Of a DNA stretch of 64,000 nt, positions 1 to 11,960 are shown in pieces (positions within the stretch are counted from its first letter, which is position 1; each line of letters starts with the position of its first letter). The notes under the pieces are model-generated. The model was not told the origin of the DNA. It ran no database searches and worked only from the letters and a program-made list of their open reading frames with translations. The DNA is from Rhynchobatus australiae (Eukaryota), in NCBI GenBank assembly GCA_034780895.1, contig JAUZTB010000068.1:7905753-7969752 (forward strand). Direction: 5' to 3'. The translations under genes and the position numbers were made by a program.

Positions 1-152
1 CTGTATGTCTTTGGAATGTGGGAGGAAACTGGAGCACCCGGAGGAAACCCATGCAGACACGGGGAGAACGTACAAACTCCTTGCAGACAGTGGCCAGAAT
101 TGAACCCGGGTCGCTGGTGCTGTAATAGTGTTACACTAACCACTACACTACC
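1..152 (-). mobile_element. tRNA-derived V-SINE (HE1-like), 5' half
   Basis: Reverse complement of the same family as 7308-7590, with B-box ggttcaattc. Confidence 0.85.
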
Positions 153-285
153 ATGCCTGCTGTATTGTTTTACCTTGTACTACCTCAATACACTGTGTAA
201 TGAATTGATCTGTATGAACAGTATGCAAGACAAGTCTTTCACTGTACCTCGGTACATGTGAAAATAATAAACCAATTCCAATTCC
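153..285 (+). mobile_element. Rex1/Babar-type LINE 3' UTR tail
   Basis: Same tail as 14750-14915, 41740-42150 and 43435-43630 (...cttgtactacctcaat...gtacatgtga.aataataaaccaatt). Confidence 0.75.
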
Positions 286-371
286 AAAAACAGGGAAGTT
301 TTATTATAATTGTACAGGGTGTCAGGGAGGCCACACCTGGAGTACTGTGCCCAGTTTTGGTCCCCTTATCT

Positions 372-955
372 CCTCATTAACCTTCTATGAAAGTAAAGAC
401 GGTGACACGCCTTCTTTGTGATTGCGTCTACATGCAAGAACCAGGACAGGTCATCCAATGTGTTAACGCCCAGGAATTTAAACCTGCTGACCATCCCCAC
501 CACTGAACCCCCAATGTAGACAGGTGCACATTCACCTTCCTTCCCCTTCCTGAAGTCAACAATCAGCTCTTTAATTTTACTGATGCTGAGCGAAAAGTTG
601 TTGTTGCCACATGGACCCTGTCTATACTTCTCACTGCCTTGGTAAAGCAGCCAATATTATCACTCCTCCCACCACAGACATTCTCTCTTCTCCCCCCTCC
701 CACTGGGCAGACAATACAAAAGCCTGAAAGCACGTACCACCAGGCTCAAGGACAGCTTCTGTCCCACTGTTATAAGACTATTGAATGGTCCCCTTGTACG
801 ATAAGATGGACTCCTGACCTCACAACCTAACTTGTCATGGCCTTGCACTTTATTGTCTGCCTGCACTGCACTTTCTCTGTAAATGTAACACTATATTCTG
901 CATTCTGTTATTGATTTTCCCTTGTACTACCTCAATGCATTGATGTGATCAAATG
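372..955. mobile_element. Rex1/Babar-type LINE fragment with inverted 5' part (372-610 minus, 611-955 plus)
   Basis: Minus part translates KELIVDFRK...FKFLGV...LSW. Plus part reads CLGKAANI...LPTGQTIQ followed by the family tail. Confidence 0.75.
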
Positions 956-1267
956 AAACTAATGTACCAATTTAATCTACTAATTTTAGGCATTCCAAAG
1001 GGGGAAGTCAGAATGAGCTGGAGGTCTGATCCAGCACATCTGATCTCCCACTTCACTGTGGAGTCAACACTTAGACCAGGGACAGAGCACAAACGAAGCT
1101 TTTACACCAGGGAGGACTGACATGTCATCTGAATGGGATTGCTGGCCTTAAGTGAAAAGTTAATTTCAAGTAAGGGTTTTATTCTTTGCTCTACTTAATC
1201 CTAATGTTAATAATTATTTACTGGTGCCAAAATATGCTTATAAGTAAATTTATTTTTAATTATTTAA

Positions 1268-1585
1268 CATAGAACATAAAACAATACAGCACAGTAACAG
1301 GCCCTTTGGCCCACGATGTCTGTGCTATCTGCCTGCACATGGTCTATATCTATTCCCTGCCTGTTCATGTGTCTGTCTAAATGCTTCTTAAATGTTACTA
1401 TTGCATCTGCTCTCACCAGCTCCCCTGGCAGCCTGTTCCAGGCACCTAACATTTCCCTCACAAATCTCTTTAAAGCTATGTCCTCTGAATTTGGTACTTC
1501 CACCATGGGAAAAAGACTCTGACTATCTACCCGACCTCTGCCTCTCAATCTTCTGTACACTCGATCGGGTCACCCCTCAGCCTCC
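1268..1585 (-). mobile_element. CR1 LINE 3' end
   Basis: ORF 1264..1560 gives WNRLPGELVRADAIVTFKKHLDRHM, the typical CR1 ORF2 C-terminus. Confidence 0.85.
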
Positions 1586-2394
1586 AACATGCTCCCATCT
1601 CCACAGATGCTGCCTGATCTGCTGAATGTTTCCAGTATTCTCTGCTTTTACTTCCGATTTCCAGTATCTCCAAACCTCTGCGTGGGTTCTTTATCCAGTC
1701 AGGTTCACTTGTGGTTCAAAAGTCATTGAGCCACAGATGGGAGACACATGTTCTCCTTAAGCAGCCAACATGGTTCAAAGGGGCTGTGCATACTCCAAGG
1801 AATAAAATGGCACAGGAAGTGCCTTATTGCCACACTAAAGGAATGCAAAATCAAGTGGAAACAAACTATATCAGGAGTCTGTCTGATCAAACCAATGTTA
1901 CCATGCTAAAATGATTACCATTTCAACAAATGTAAAGCTAAAGATATTCAGCTTATTTACTATAAACAGGATGTGTATACATCATCTACATTTGAAGCAG
2001 TCATGTTGTGGTCCTGAATGATACTTATGCAGCGGTTTTAAATTGAGAAATCAGTGATGAATTTGGAATAGTTAGGACGACCTTCAAGATCAAACCACAT
2101 AAATCAGGAATTAATGTTTTCCTTTTATTCAGTTATGGGACGCCCTTGCCAAACTGCCCTCGAGAAGATAATGGTGAGCCACCTTCTTGAATATGTGGGG
2201 CCTATGTAATGTCTCAGAGCCCAAAGACTATGAAGACATATGGGCTTCCTCCATCAGCCCCTGTCTGCTACACAAAATGGGATCTCCATATTTAGGTGTG
2301 TGAGACAGCGAGTTCCAGATTCCCAACTACCCCTAGATAGGACATCTAGAACCCTGGAGATAGTCTGGAATATCTGCGTCATTATGGAGATATA

Positions 2395-2510
2395 AGAGAC
2401 ATCAGATGCTGGTCTGATGCCGGGTTTCAACCCGAAACATCGACAATTCCTTCCCCCACCACAGATGCTGTTCGACCTGCTGAGTTCCTACAGCAGGTTG
2501 TTTGTTGCTA
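2395..2510 (+). mobile_element. Penelope-derived short repeat with degenerate hammerhead core
   Basis: ggtCTGATGCcgggtttcaacccGAAAcatcgac followed by the family motif cacagatgctg..cgacctgctgagttcc. Confidence 0.65.
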
Positions 2511-4124
2511 CCTCATTACCCTGTCTTCCCCAATCGGTGAAATTTCCAGAGTTCAACCAGAATGAAAGGTGAGAAGCCAGAGTTTATTGTAGAGTTCCCA
2601 AGTCACATCTCACACGGTGGAGTAACCACGTCTGGATAACACCAACTTCCTGCAAAATACCGCGGTGTCAGACTGCACTCTTCTTAGAGACATTTACCCC
2701 AACATCTCCCCCTGCACCCCACCCCTTTCTCTTCTTCTGCCAAGTTTCCAACCACTGGTGCTACCAGTGAGCCACTCTTTTGTGAATGGCAGCCTCAAAC
2801 AATTCACAGCACTGTTCCAACCCCTCAACAAATCAACACAGCACCAGTTTTTGCTCAAGTGTGGCTTCGAACCAAGAACGGATCCGAAACCCCCCCCCCC
2901 CACCCCTTCTCAAAACCCCTCAAGAGTTTTGTTTGGGTGATGGANNNNNNNNNNNNNNNNNNNNNNNNNNNNNNNNNNNNNNNNNNNNNNNNNNNNNNNN
3001 NNNNNNNNNNNNNNNNNNNNNNNNNNNNNNNNNNNNNNNNNNNNNNNNNNNNNNNNNNNNNNNNNNNNNNNNNNNNNNNNNNNNNNNNNNNNNNNNNNNN
3101 NNNNNNNNNNNNNNNNNNNNNNNNNNNNNNNNNNNNNNNNNNNNNNNNNNNNNNNNNNNNNNNNNNNNNNNNNNNNNNNNNNNNNNNNNNNNNNNNNNNN
3201 NNNNNNNNNNNNNNNNNNNNNNNNNNNNNNNNNNNNNNNNGACACTTCCAGAGGTCCAGTTCCCCCTGCCTCCCCATTTTCTCATCTTCAGGCTAAAAGC
3301 TAAGACAGTGGGGAGCTGTTTGATAATGAAGGCATTGCAACTAACCCCATCTACCTAACCCTCACTCCAACTTCCCCCACGTGTACTGTTCATCAAGAAT
3401 TAATGGATAGCAATTGTCCCCCTCCCACTTTCTCCTTAGCCCAGGAGCACTTTAACTCCACACTGTTACGGTGTCCCAGGCCAGAGATTAAGTATGGGAT
3501 ACAATGGTCCCATTTTAGGTTTAGTTCTGGATTACTGAGACCTGTAATTAACAAACAGTCATGATTTTATCAGGACAAACACCGAGTGAAACGCACAACC
3601 ATGTGATAATATTTCAGTTACCAGTGTGATGAACAACAACAAGTTAAGATAATGTAATGGCTGCCTCAGTCTAACGTTATGACTAAGGAATTCCAGACTG
3701 GTGCAGGGACAGAACCAGCCATCTGGTTCATGTACTAAAAACCACACTGAAAACCAAAATAGAATTGAAGCAATAGGGTAAGAGGATAGGGGTCACATCA
3801 AAAGGGAGTGGATTCACATCTACAAGATTCTTAAAAATCCCCACTTACAAGAAGGAGACGTGAGCCAAGTCTGGGAATGTTTCCTTGGCCAATTCTCGAG
3901 TGTTTTCCCTCACAACATGCTTATCTTGCATTTCTCCCTATTTTCCAGCAGATCACAAAACCCTTTGCTGTTAAGTTCCCACGAACTGAACCTTAGTTTG
4001 ATCTAAATCTATTACAAGCACCGAGTGGGTATTAATCTGAGGGATAATCAGCGGCACTGGTTTGAAAGTTGGCGAGTAATAATGAGGGCAGAAAACCAGC
4101 TGCTGGAGGAACTCAACAGATCAA

Positions 4125-4570
4125 GATACTTATTTATTAGTAACATGTACATCGAAATGCACAGTGAAATACGTCTTTTTGGGTAGAATGTGCTGGGGGC
4201 AGCCCGCAAATGTCACCACACTTCCAGCACCAACATAGAATGCCAACAACTTCCTAACCTGTACGTCTTTGGAATGTGGGAGGAAACCAGAGCACCCGGA
4301 GGAAACCCATGCAGACATGGGGNNNNNNNNNNNNNNNNNNNNNNNNNNNNNNNNNNNNNNNNNNNNNNNNNNNNNNNNNNNNNNNNNNNNNNNNNNNNNN
4401 NNNNNNNNNNNNNNNNNNNNNNTTTGGAATGTGGGAGGAAACCAGAGCACCCGGAGGAAACCCATGCAGACATGGGGAGAACGTACAAACTCCTTACAGG
4501 CAGCAGTCGGAATTGAACCCAGGTCGCTGGCGCTGTAATAGCGTTACACTAACCGCTACGCTACCGTGCC
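4125..4570 (-). mobile_element. V-SINE, full length, interrupted by a false gap
   Basis: Reverse complement of 7308-7590. 55 bp is duplicated across the gap (4268-4322 and 4423-4477). Confidence 0.88.
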
Positions 4571-5189
4571 ACATCTGTGGAGGGAAATGGACAGTTGACG
4601 ATTTGGGACTGAGAGTAGAGGGGAGGTAGCCAGGATAAAGAGGCAAGGGGGAGGGTGGTTTGGGGCAAGTGATAGGTGGATCAAAGCGAGAAGGGGTTGA
4701 TTGGCAGATGGTAAATGAACAGTGGGGAGAGGAGACCCAGTAGGAGGAGTGTGTGGGTGATGGGCAGATGGAATAGGTGCAGGAGGGGAAAGAAACTGGG
4801 AGACAGGGGTATTGGGGGGTATACTGAGGGCAAGACTCTTCTGCTTGTGCAGAACCTTGCATCAAATGGTTTCAATGCTGGGAAACAAATATGGTCATGT
4901 GGTACATAGTCACAGGTAAGATGGGCCAAATGGCCTCCTTCTGCACTCTGTCCCATTTTTGAATGAACGCAGAGTTTGACTTACATCTCTATTTTCCTCA
5001 TACATGTATGATTAAATTCTCTGATGATCACTGAAGAAACATTTGTAACTAAAAGACTAATGTCAGAGTCAGTGAGCTATGCTACCTGTGCATTCATTAG
5101 TGCTGGAAGCAACATGGATTGTGGCTCTGTGCTTCTCTCCTGCTGGCCGAAAGTATAATGCATTAGTATTACATACACATGTAGATCAG

Positions 5190-5740
5190 CAGCAGAAGTA
5201 GTTCACTCAACACTCAAGTCCATATTCAATAAGCTGATGACTGATCTGAATGTAACCTCAGCTCTGTGTTCCCATGGTAACCTTTCACCCCTTCCATATC
5301 AAGAATCTATCTACCTTCACCCCAAAGAAATTTCAGAGACTCCACTTTACTGGCCTTTGAGCAAGAGAGGTTCAAAGACTCACAACCCTCTGAAAGAATC
5401 CCTGGTTCTAGATTCTCCCACAAGAGGAAACCTCCTCTCCACATCCACCCTGCCAGAACCCAATCAAGTCATCTCACACTCTTCCAAATTCTGGCAGATA
5501 CAAACCTAGGCTGACCAACCTTTCCTCCTGTTCCAGGAGTTAGACCAGCAGATCTTTTCTGAACTGAATCCAATCAATTCATTAACACCTCCAATCAATT
5601 CATTAACACCCTTCCTTTAACAAAGAGACCAATACTGTACATAGTACTCCAGATGTGGTCTCACCAATGCCCTACAGAACTGAAGCATAACCACCCTCTT
5701 TTGTGTTTAATTTCCTTAGCAATGAACAATAACATTCAAC
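5190..5740 (-). mobile_element. Degraded CR1 LINE 3' fragment
   Basis: catagtactccagatgtggtctcaccaatgcc is the reverse of the CR1 motif ALVRPHLEY. Confidence 0.7.
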
Positions 5741-6066
5741 TTTAGGTAGCTCCCTCATTCTATCCGTATCACAACTGGTCATTTCTGCCACAGGTCCTCC
5801 CCGTGTGATATTAGCTCAGTTTTTTCTCTCTCCTCCGCGTTCAACACCATCATCCCCTCAGTACTAATCAACAAGCTTCAAAACCTGGGCCTCTGTACCT
5901 CCCTCTGCAACTGNNNNNNNNNNNNNNNNNNNNNNNNNNNNNNNNNNNNNNNNNNNNNNNNNNNNNNNNNNNNNNNNNNNNNNNNNNNNNNNNNNNNNNN
6001 NNNNNNNNNNNNNGCTGGGGTGGGCCAGGCATTGAGGTGTTATATCCTGAAGTTGTACATTGTTAA

Positions 6067-6120
6067 TGTGTGCTTGTGTGTATCAGTGTGTGTGAGTGTG
6101 TGTGTGTTTGTGTGTGTATG
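6067..6120. repeat. Imperfect (TG)n microsatellite
   Basis: tgtgtgcttgtgtgtatcagtgtgtgtgagtgtgtgtgtgtttgtgtgtg. Confidence 0.85.
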
Positions 6121-6544
6121 TTACCCCAGTTGCAAATCCCCTCTCGTGCTCGTGGTATCCTGCGTGTGAGTGAGCGTGTGTCTGTTCCCATCCATTCCGT
6201 CCCTGTTTTTGACTAGTTTTGGTCCACAAAGCTCATGTTCCTGAATTCTCTATCCTTAAGACCGGAAAGCTGGGAGGGGGGGGGGGAGTCAATAAAGCAA
6301 GACTGATGAGGGATCAAAGGGCTAAGGGAAGAAACGGGCAGAGGCCACACGTATGGTCCCAGGATGGGATGTTTGTCTCCCTGGTGCCAGGGTCAAGGAT
6401 GGCATTGAACCGTGGTACAATCTTGGGGTGGGATTGGCATTCATGTTGATACCAATGACATGGGTAGAAGGATTAAGGTCGTCCTCACGGATTTGGAGGT
6501 GGGAAGAACTTCATGGTCCTGGGCCAGTCCTCGATGTTCAGGCC

Positions 6545-6915
6545 CAGGGGGATCTCATTAAAACCTACCAAATACTCGAAGGCCTGGATACAGTGGACGT
6601 AGAGAGGATGCTTCCATTGGTAGGAGAGTCCAGGATCCGAGGGCACGGCCTCGGAATAAAGGGACATCCCTTTAAAACTGAGGTGAGGAGGAATTTCTTC
6701 AGCCAGAGGGCGGTGAATCTGTGGAATTTGTTGCCACAGAGGGCTGTGGAGGCCAGGTCATTGGGGGTATTTAAGCCAGATAGGCTCTCGGTTGGTGAGG
6801 GGGTTAAGGGTCACGGAGGGAAGGCAGGAGAATGGGGTTAAAAATGATCAGCCATGATTGAATGGCGGAGCAGACTCGATGGGCCGAATGGCCTAATCTG
6901 CTCCTATATCTTATG
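6545..6915 (+). mobile_element. CR1 LINE 3' end, relatively young
   Basis: GDLIKTYQILEGLDTVDVERMLPLVGESRIRGHGLGIKGHPFKTEVRRNFFSQRAVNLWNLLPQRAVEA, then the tail gatgggccgaatggcctaatctgctcctat. Confidence 0.92.
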
Positions 6916-7307
6916 GAAATGTTATTAAAAGACAGGACTTCAGAAGTTAATGTGCTGAAATGGAGTAGTCTCTGGAGATATCAGTGAGCACAGCCACGTG
7001 CGGCTAAATGCAAACCTGTTGAGATGATGTAGGAGGGAGGGCTATGGTTTCCTTGGGGTGGTGGCACCTACTATACCAGGCGGGCAGACTGCACCTCAGC
7101 AGCATCGGGACCAGTGTTCCATCTGGGACACTGGAGAGGCTTTCAACCAGGTTGGAATGGGAATGGGAATATGTGTATTGTTCTGAAGGGGAAGACCCAG
7201 AAACGCAAGGCAGAGAGTTAGTAAGGTGAGAGGGGAAGGATATAAAGAGGATGTGAGGGGGCAACCTCTTCATGCAGAGGATGGTGCGTATATGGAATGG
7301 CATGGAA

Positions 7308-7595
7308 GTGTAGCGGTTAGTGTAGCGTAATTACAGCGCCAGCGACCCGGGTTCAATTCCGGCCGCTGTCTGTAAGGAGTTTGTACGTTCTCCCCGTGTC
7401 TGCGTGGGTTTCCTCCGGGTGCTCCGGTTTCCTCCCATATTCCAAAGACGTACGGGTTAGGAAGTTGTGGGTGTGCTATGTTGGCGCTGGAAGCGTGGTG
7501 ACACTTGCGGGCTGCCCCCAGAACAGTCTACACAAAAGATGCATTTCACTGTGTGTTTCGATGTACATGTCACTAATAAAGAAATCTTTTCTTAT
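7308..7595 (+). mobile_element. Full-length tRNA-derived V-SINE
   Basis: Head gtgtagcggttag, B-box ggttcaattcc, V-domain gtttgtacgttctccccgtgtctgcgtgggtttcctccgggtgctccggtttcctccc. Confidence 0.9.
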
Positions 7596-7639
7596 CTTCT
7601 CTAGTAGTTATTTAGTAATAAACCTTGAAATACATGCTC

Positions 7640-7948
7640 GCAGTATTTTTCCCAGGGAACGGGAATCAAAAACTAGAGGGCATAGACATAAGGTGACCTG
7701 GAAGGATTTGAAAGGGACTTGAGGGGAAACTTCTTCATGGAGAAGGTGGTGCTTATATGGAACGAACTGCCAGAGGAAGTGGTTGAAGCAGGATACATTA
7801 CAACATTTAAAAGACACTCTGACAGGAGCACGAGTAGGAAAGGTTTGGAGGGATATGGGCCAAACAGAATGGCTTAGATGGGAATGTGGGTCGGCACAGA
7901 CGTTGGGCTGAAGGGCCTATCTCCATGCTGTAGTGCTCGATGACTCTA
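7640..7948 (+). mobile_element. CR1 LINE 3' end
   Basis: FPRERESKTRGHR, tggaacgaactgccagaggaagtggttgaagcagg, and the CR1 tail. Confidence 0.85.
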
Positions 7949-8169
7949 CATATAACATCACCAGATGTGTGATTTTCTTTTGTCCCTGCTATTTTGTTGG
8001 AAATAAGTTACCTCATTAGAGTTACTGATAAAATGGTAACAGAACATTGTGAAGTACTAGTTTTTACAGTAATTTACAGCCTTGAATCTTTTTAAGAATT
8101 TGAAAACAGGAAAGATTCCGACATCGAAATGAAGAAAGGATAAGCTGAACATCAGTGGGGAAGCTCTTG

Positions 8170-8965
8170 TCAAGATTTGCTCCTTCTCCTCCTCCCTCAT
8201 CAGCATCCAGGGACCTCAAATACTCCTTCTAAGTGAAGCAGCAATTCACTTGCACTTCTTCAATGTAGTGTATTGCACTCAGTGCCACATAGAAGATGCC
8301 AAGCACAGACTGGGCACTGCTTTGCGGAACACCTCTTATTCAATCCACAAAGGTGACCCTGAACTTCCAGTTGCCGGCCACTTTAATTCTCCACCGGGCC
8401 CTCATTCTGATTTGCACAACTTTGGTCTCTTATGTCGTTCAAATGAAGCCCAAGGAATGACACCTCATTTTCTGTCTATGCACATTGTAACCCTTAGGAT
8501 TTAATATCTAATTCAACAATTCAGATAACCAGCCTTTCCTGTTTGTGTTAGAGTCAGTCAGTTCTGATACAAGATTGTCTACTTGCAATATTAGTTCAGT
8601 TTTTCTCTCTCCACAGATGCTAGCTGATCTGCTGAGTGTTTCCAGCATTCTATTACATCAGGCTCCCAGCAACTGTTGCATTTTGCATCTTGCAGTTCCA
8701 GCTGGTTTTTTCGGGCTACCAACAGCCATTTGCCTCTGATTACAGTTCCTCCAGACAGATTAGCTGTGACTAACAAGCATTCAGCTCCCTCCCTCAGATG
8801 GCACCAGTCGTCTCCACCCTCCTCCTCTATGCAAAATACAATACACTTGATTTCTCACTTTTCCTCTTCTGACGATAGATCATCCACCTGAAATGTTAAC
8901 TCTGTTTGTCTCCAAGGATGCTGACTGGCCTGCTGAGTATTTCCTGCATCGACTGTTTTTCTTCT
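8170..8965 (+). mobile_element. Penelope-like element 3' fragment: GIY-YIG endonuclease remnant plus terminal repeat with hammerhead-like core
   Basis: NVVYCTQC..IEDAKHRLG...DPELPVAGHFNSPPGPHSDL matches the vertebrate Penelope GIY-YIG C-terminus. CTGACGA...GAAAtgttaac lies at 8869-8900. Confidence 0.8.
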
Positions 8966-11774
8966 TTTCAGCTGAGTGAATATATAGGTAATAGTGACTA
9001 AGGGCTAAATGTTCATTTTCCTGTAAGATAACAACAATTCAACAGCCTTTATGATAAAACGATAACCATATTTTACTGAACTGCCTCTGCAAGGATTTGA
9101 ATCATTTTAAGTTCCATAATCACCTTATTACCTGTAAACAAGATAAGCTGCTGGAGAAACCCAGCAGCCCAGGGAGCATCTGTGGAGTCAGACAGACGGA
9201 TGAAGTTTCAGGACTGGATTCTGAATCAGGACTGAAGCAGGATCTTGGCCCAAAATGCAACCATCCTTCTGCATCCACAGATGCTGCTTGACTTGCTGGG
9301 TTTCTGCAGCAGTTTGTTTTTTTTATTTCCAGATTGCAGCACCTTATTACAATGTTGATCGCAGTATATGTCTATCCTCTAACCCATGACAGAGATTGGG
9401 TAAAGTTGTACCTGAGATTTTCCCTCTGAGTCTGGTTTTAGTTTGAGCTGAGGATCTGTAGACCATGGGAAGAATCCGGTGATTTTGAGGCTCCAGGACT
9501 GTCACACATCCGACAAGGTCAGAGGGACAGTCACCCAAGACACTGGCCAGACGAGAAATTAGCAAGATGCTGACAGAAACACTTCTGCTGAAAATCCGGC
9601 ATAAACAATAAAAAATGTTGTTTTTGAAAAGAGATTTTGCCTTTGAAATTATCATTAATGCTTTAAGACAGATATCAGCCAAGGAGTGGTTAAATCNNNN
9701 NNNNNNNGATGTAAGTGTCTGACTACCTCAGCTGCCTGGTAAATCCTGATGGAATAGTTACATCACTGTATTGCTCACTGATTCATGGCATTGCTTTGCA
9801 AAACCATGTGGCTTTTGGTTGTATCTTGGAAAGTCTGTCAGCTAGTTCCTTGCCTTGAGTTGCTACTCATAACAACAAAAAAAAATCGCATTTTGCAGTG
9901 GTTTTTTAATGTTTAATTATTTGTTTGTGTGATACACATCACTTTCCGCGTGGCATGACTTGGGTTGCATTGTTGTATCAACGACTGCTGTCAGTCATTT
10001 GCCTTCAATAGAGGATATTTGGTAGGAGCATCGATCCTAGTTACTTGCTTATTAAAGAGAGAAGAATATTTGGATGCTACAGTTGACAGGATGTGGTAAC
10101 TGCCGGGTCAGCCAACAGTTATTGCCCAACCCAAATTCTAACTGAATCAAGTGGCATGTTGGGTCATTTAAGAAGACGTTTAAGGATCAACCACAATGCT
10201 CTACGTCTGGGTCTGGAACACAAGTTTTCTTCCTGAAGCCATTCTTTGAGACTATTCTTACTTCAGGTCCTTCTTTTATCCCACCTTCCTTCAAACCTGC
10301 TGATATGCTGGGGTACAGTGGAAGTTCTTCACCAATCATCAGGTGATCCACAGATGCGTAACGCACCACCCACACTGCTCCATACTGCTGTTGAACCAAA
10401 ACAGCAGGAATAATGCAAGATTAGATGGGTTAATTGCAAATGCACTCAGGATAAAGAAGTGTTTTTAAACTTTTGAGGCAGGGCTGGGATTCTTGTGGAT
10501 AACAATTCAACAGGATATTATGTGCTAGTTTCATGTTCAAACAATGTGCAGTAATATCTCCTCAAAGAAAGGCAAACCTGCCATGCATCTGCTTGACAGG
10601 ACATGCCCAGTCTATTTGTTCACAAAGGTGGCACAGTCACGCAGAATTTGAAAAGTAAAATCCAGGATCATCCTTTGCTAAGCACGTAGTATCATAAGAT
10701 TGTAAATGATGCACAAGCTCAAAAATTCTGCAATTCAATCAGGTCACAAAGTTTGATACCAAACCATTGGACATTTAAGAGATTGATAGCATGACAAGCT
10801 GCCCTCCTTGAAAGGATTGTTATAATAAAAATTCTTGAGGAATTGGCACAATGCTTTCTGCTCCTTGAAGTCACTGGTCACAGATACATGAGGGGCGTAA
10901 GTCACAAGAAAATTAAAGCAAAGTCTGAGCAAAGTTTGTAAACTTAGGAGGGACAATAGGGTCCTGCTCATTAACTTCTAATGAAAAAAAATTGAGTTGA
11001 AAGTCCAGTTGCATTGCATGATCAGCTCCCTGAGACTGACACCACCTTATACTTATGAGAATTTATCATCACAAGATGGACTTTTGCAAATTTATCCTCG
11101 CTAGGAATTTTCTAATCTCGAGATCCTTCCAGATGATGTAAATGAGTTCTTGATTCTTCAAAGTCTCCCTATCAGTGTTACTGTTCTTAATACAGAGGAG
11201 CTGAGATCAGTATAGATCATATTGAATGGCAGGACAGACTGAACAGGCTGGTGGCCTACTCCTGGTCCTATTTTCTGGTGTTCTCTCATACCTGTTCAAG
11301 GGAGTGCCATAAGTATAAAGTGTGATTTTTTTTAATGCTGTGTCAGTGAAAATGATGGAACATTGATTGGACAAATATTCTATTCGAGAAATGAAGTGAA
11401 CATCTTGAAGTTCAAACCTCAAGGAATGCACATCATGCTAGTCATGACCGTAATCACGTTGTAAAAAGCATCAGCTTAGTAAATGGAACAGAACCTACAT
11501 CAGTGGTAGTTCATTAACATTTTAGTGAGATGTTTAGACTCCAAGAACCACACAGTAACCACCAGCACCAGAAAAATTCATGCTTTGGAACATAAAATCT
11601 TACTTCCATTTCACATGCAGACCAATAAATTCCATTCATTTGCTTCTGAATCCAATAGCAATGAGGTAGACATTACTTCCAAGGATAATTTTAATTGGGC
11701 ATTCCTTTGAATCAGTTTAATGATTCTTTGGGAAATTTAAACATTGATGATGCTGGAAACATGAGGAAAAATTA

Positions 11775-11960
11775 GACAAGGAATGGTGGAAATAATCAGC
11801 ACATTAGGCAGCATCCGTAGGGAGAGAAACAAGAGGCAGAATTTCACATCGATGACCTTTCATTAATTCTTATGAAAGATCATTGACCTGAAATGTTAAC
11901 CCTGCTTTTCTCTCCATAGATGCTGCCTAGCCTGCTGAATATACCCAATATTCTATTTTT
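11775..11960. mobile_element. Palindromic Penelope-derived short repeat
   Basis: Inverted arms (ggcagcatccgtagggagagaaac ... tctccatagatgctgcc) surround ttcttatgaaagatcattgacctgaaatgttaac. Confidence 0.65.

Noticed and set aside
2665-2944. Overlapping ORFs with Pro/Gly runs before a gap
   Set aside because: Caused by a poly-C run; there is no recognisable domain or clear exon structure.
5569-5610. 21-bp tandem duplication tccaatcaattcattaacacc x2, with similar short duplications near 45017 and 61455
   Set aside because: Ordinary slippage duplications, mostly inside decayed repeats; not an array or CRISPR-like system.
7308-7380. tRNA-like A/B boxes
   Set aside because: This is a SINE head, not a functional tRNA gene.
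10187-11215. Short ORFs in unique-looking sequence
   Set aside because: No recognisable homology and no convincing paired splice sites.
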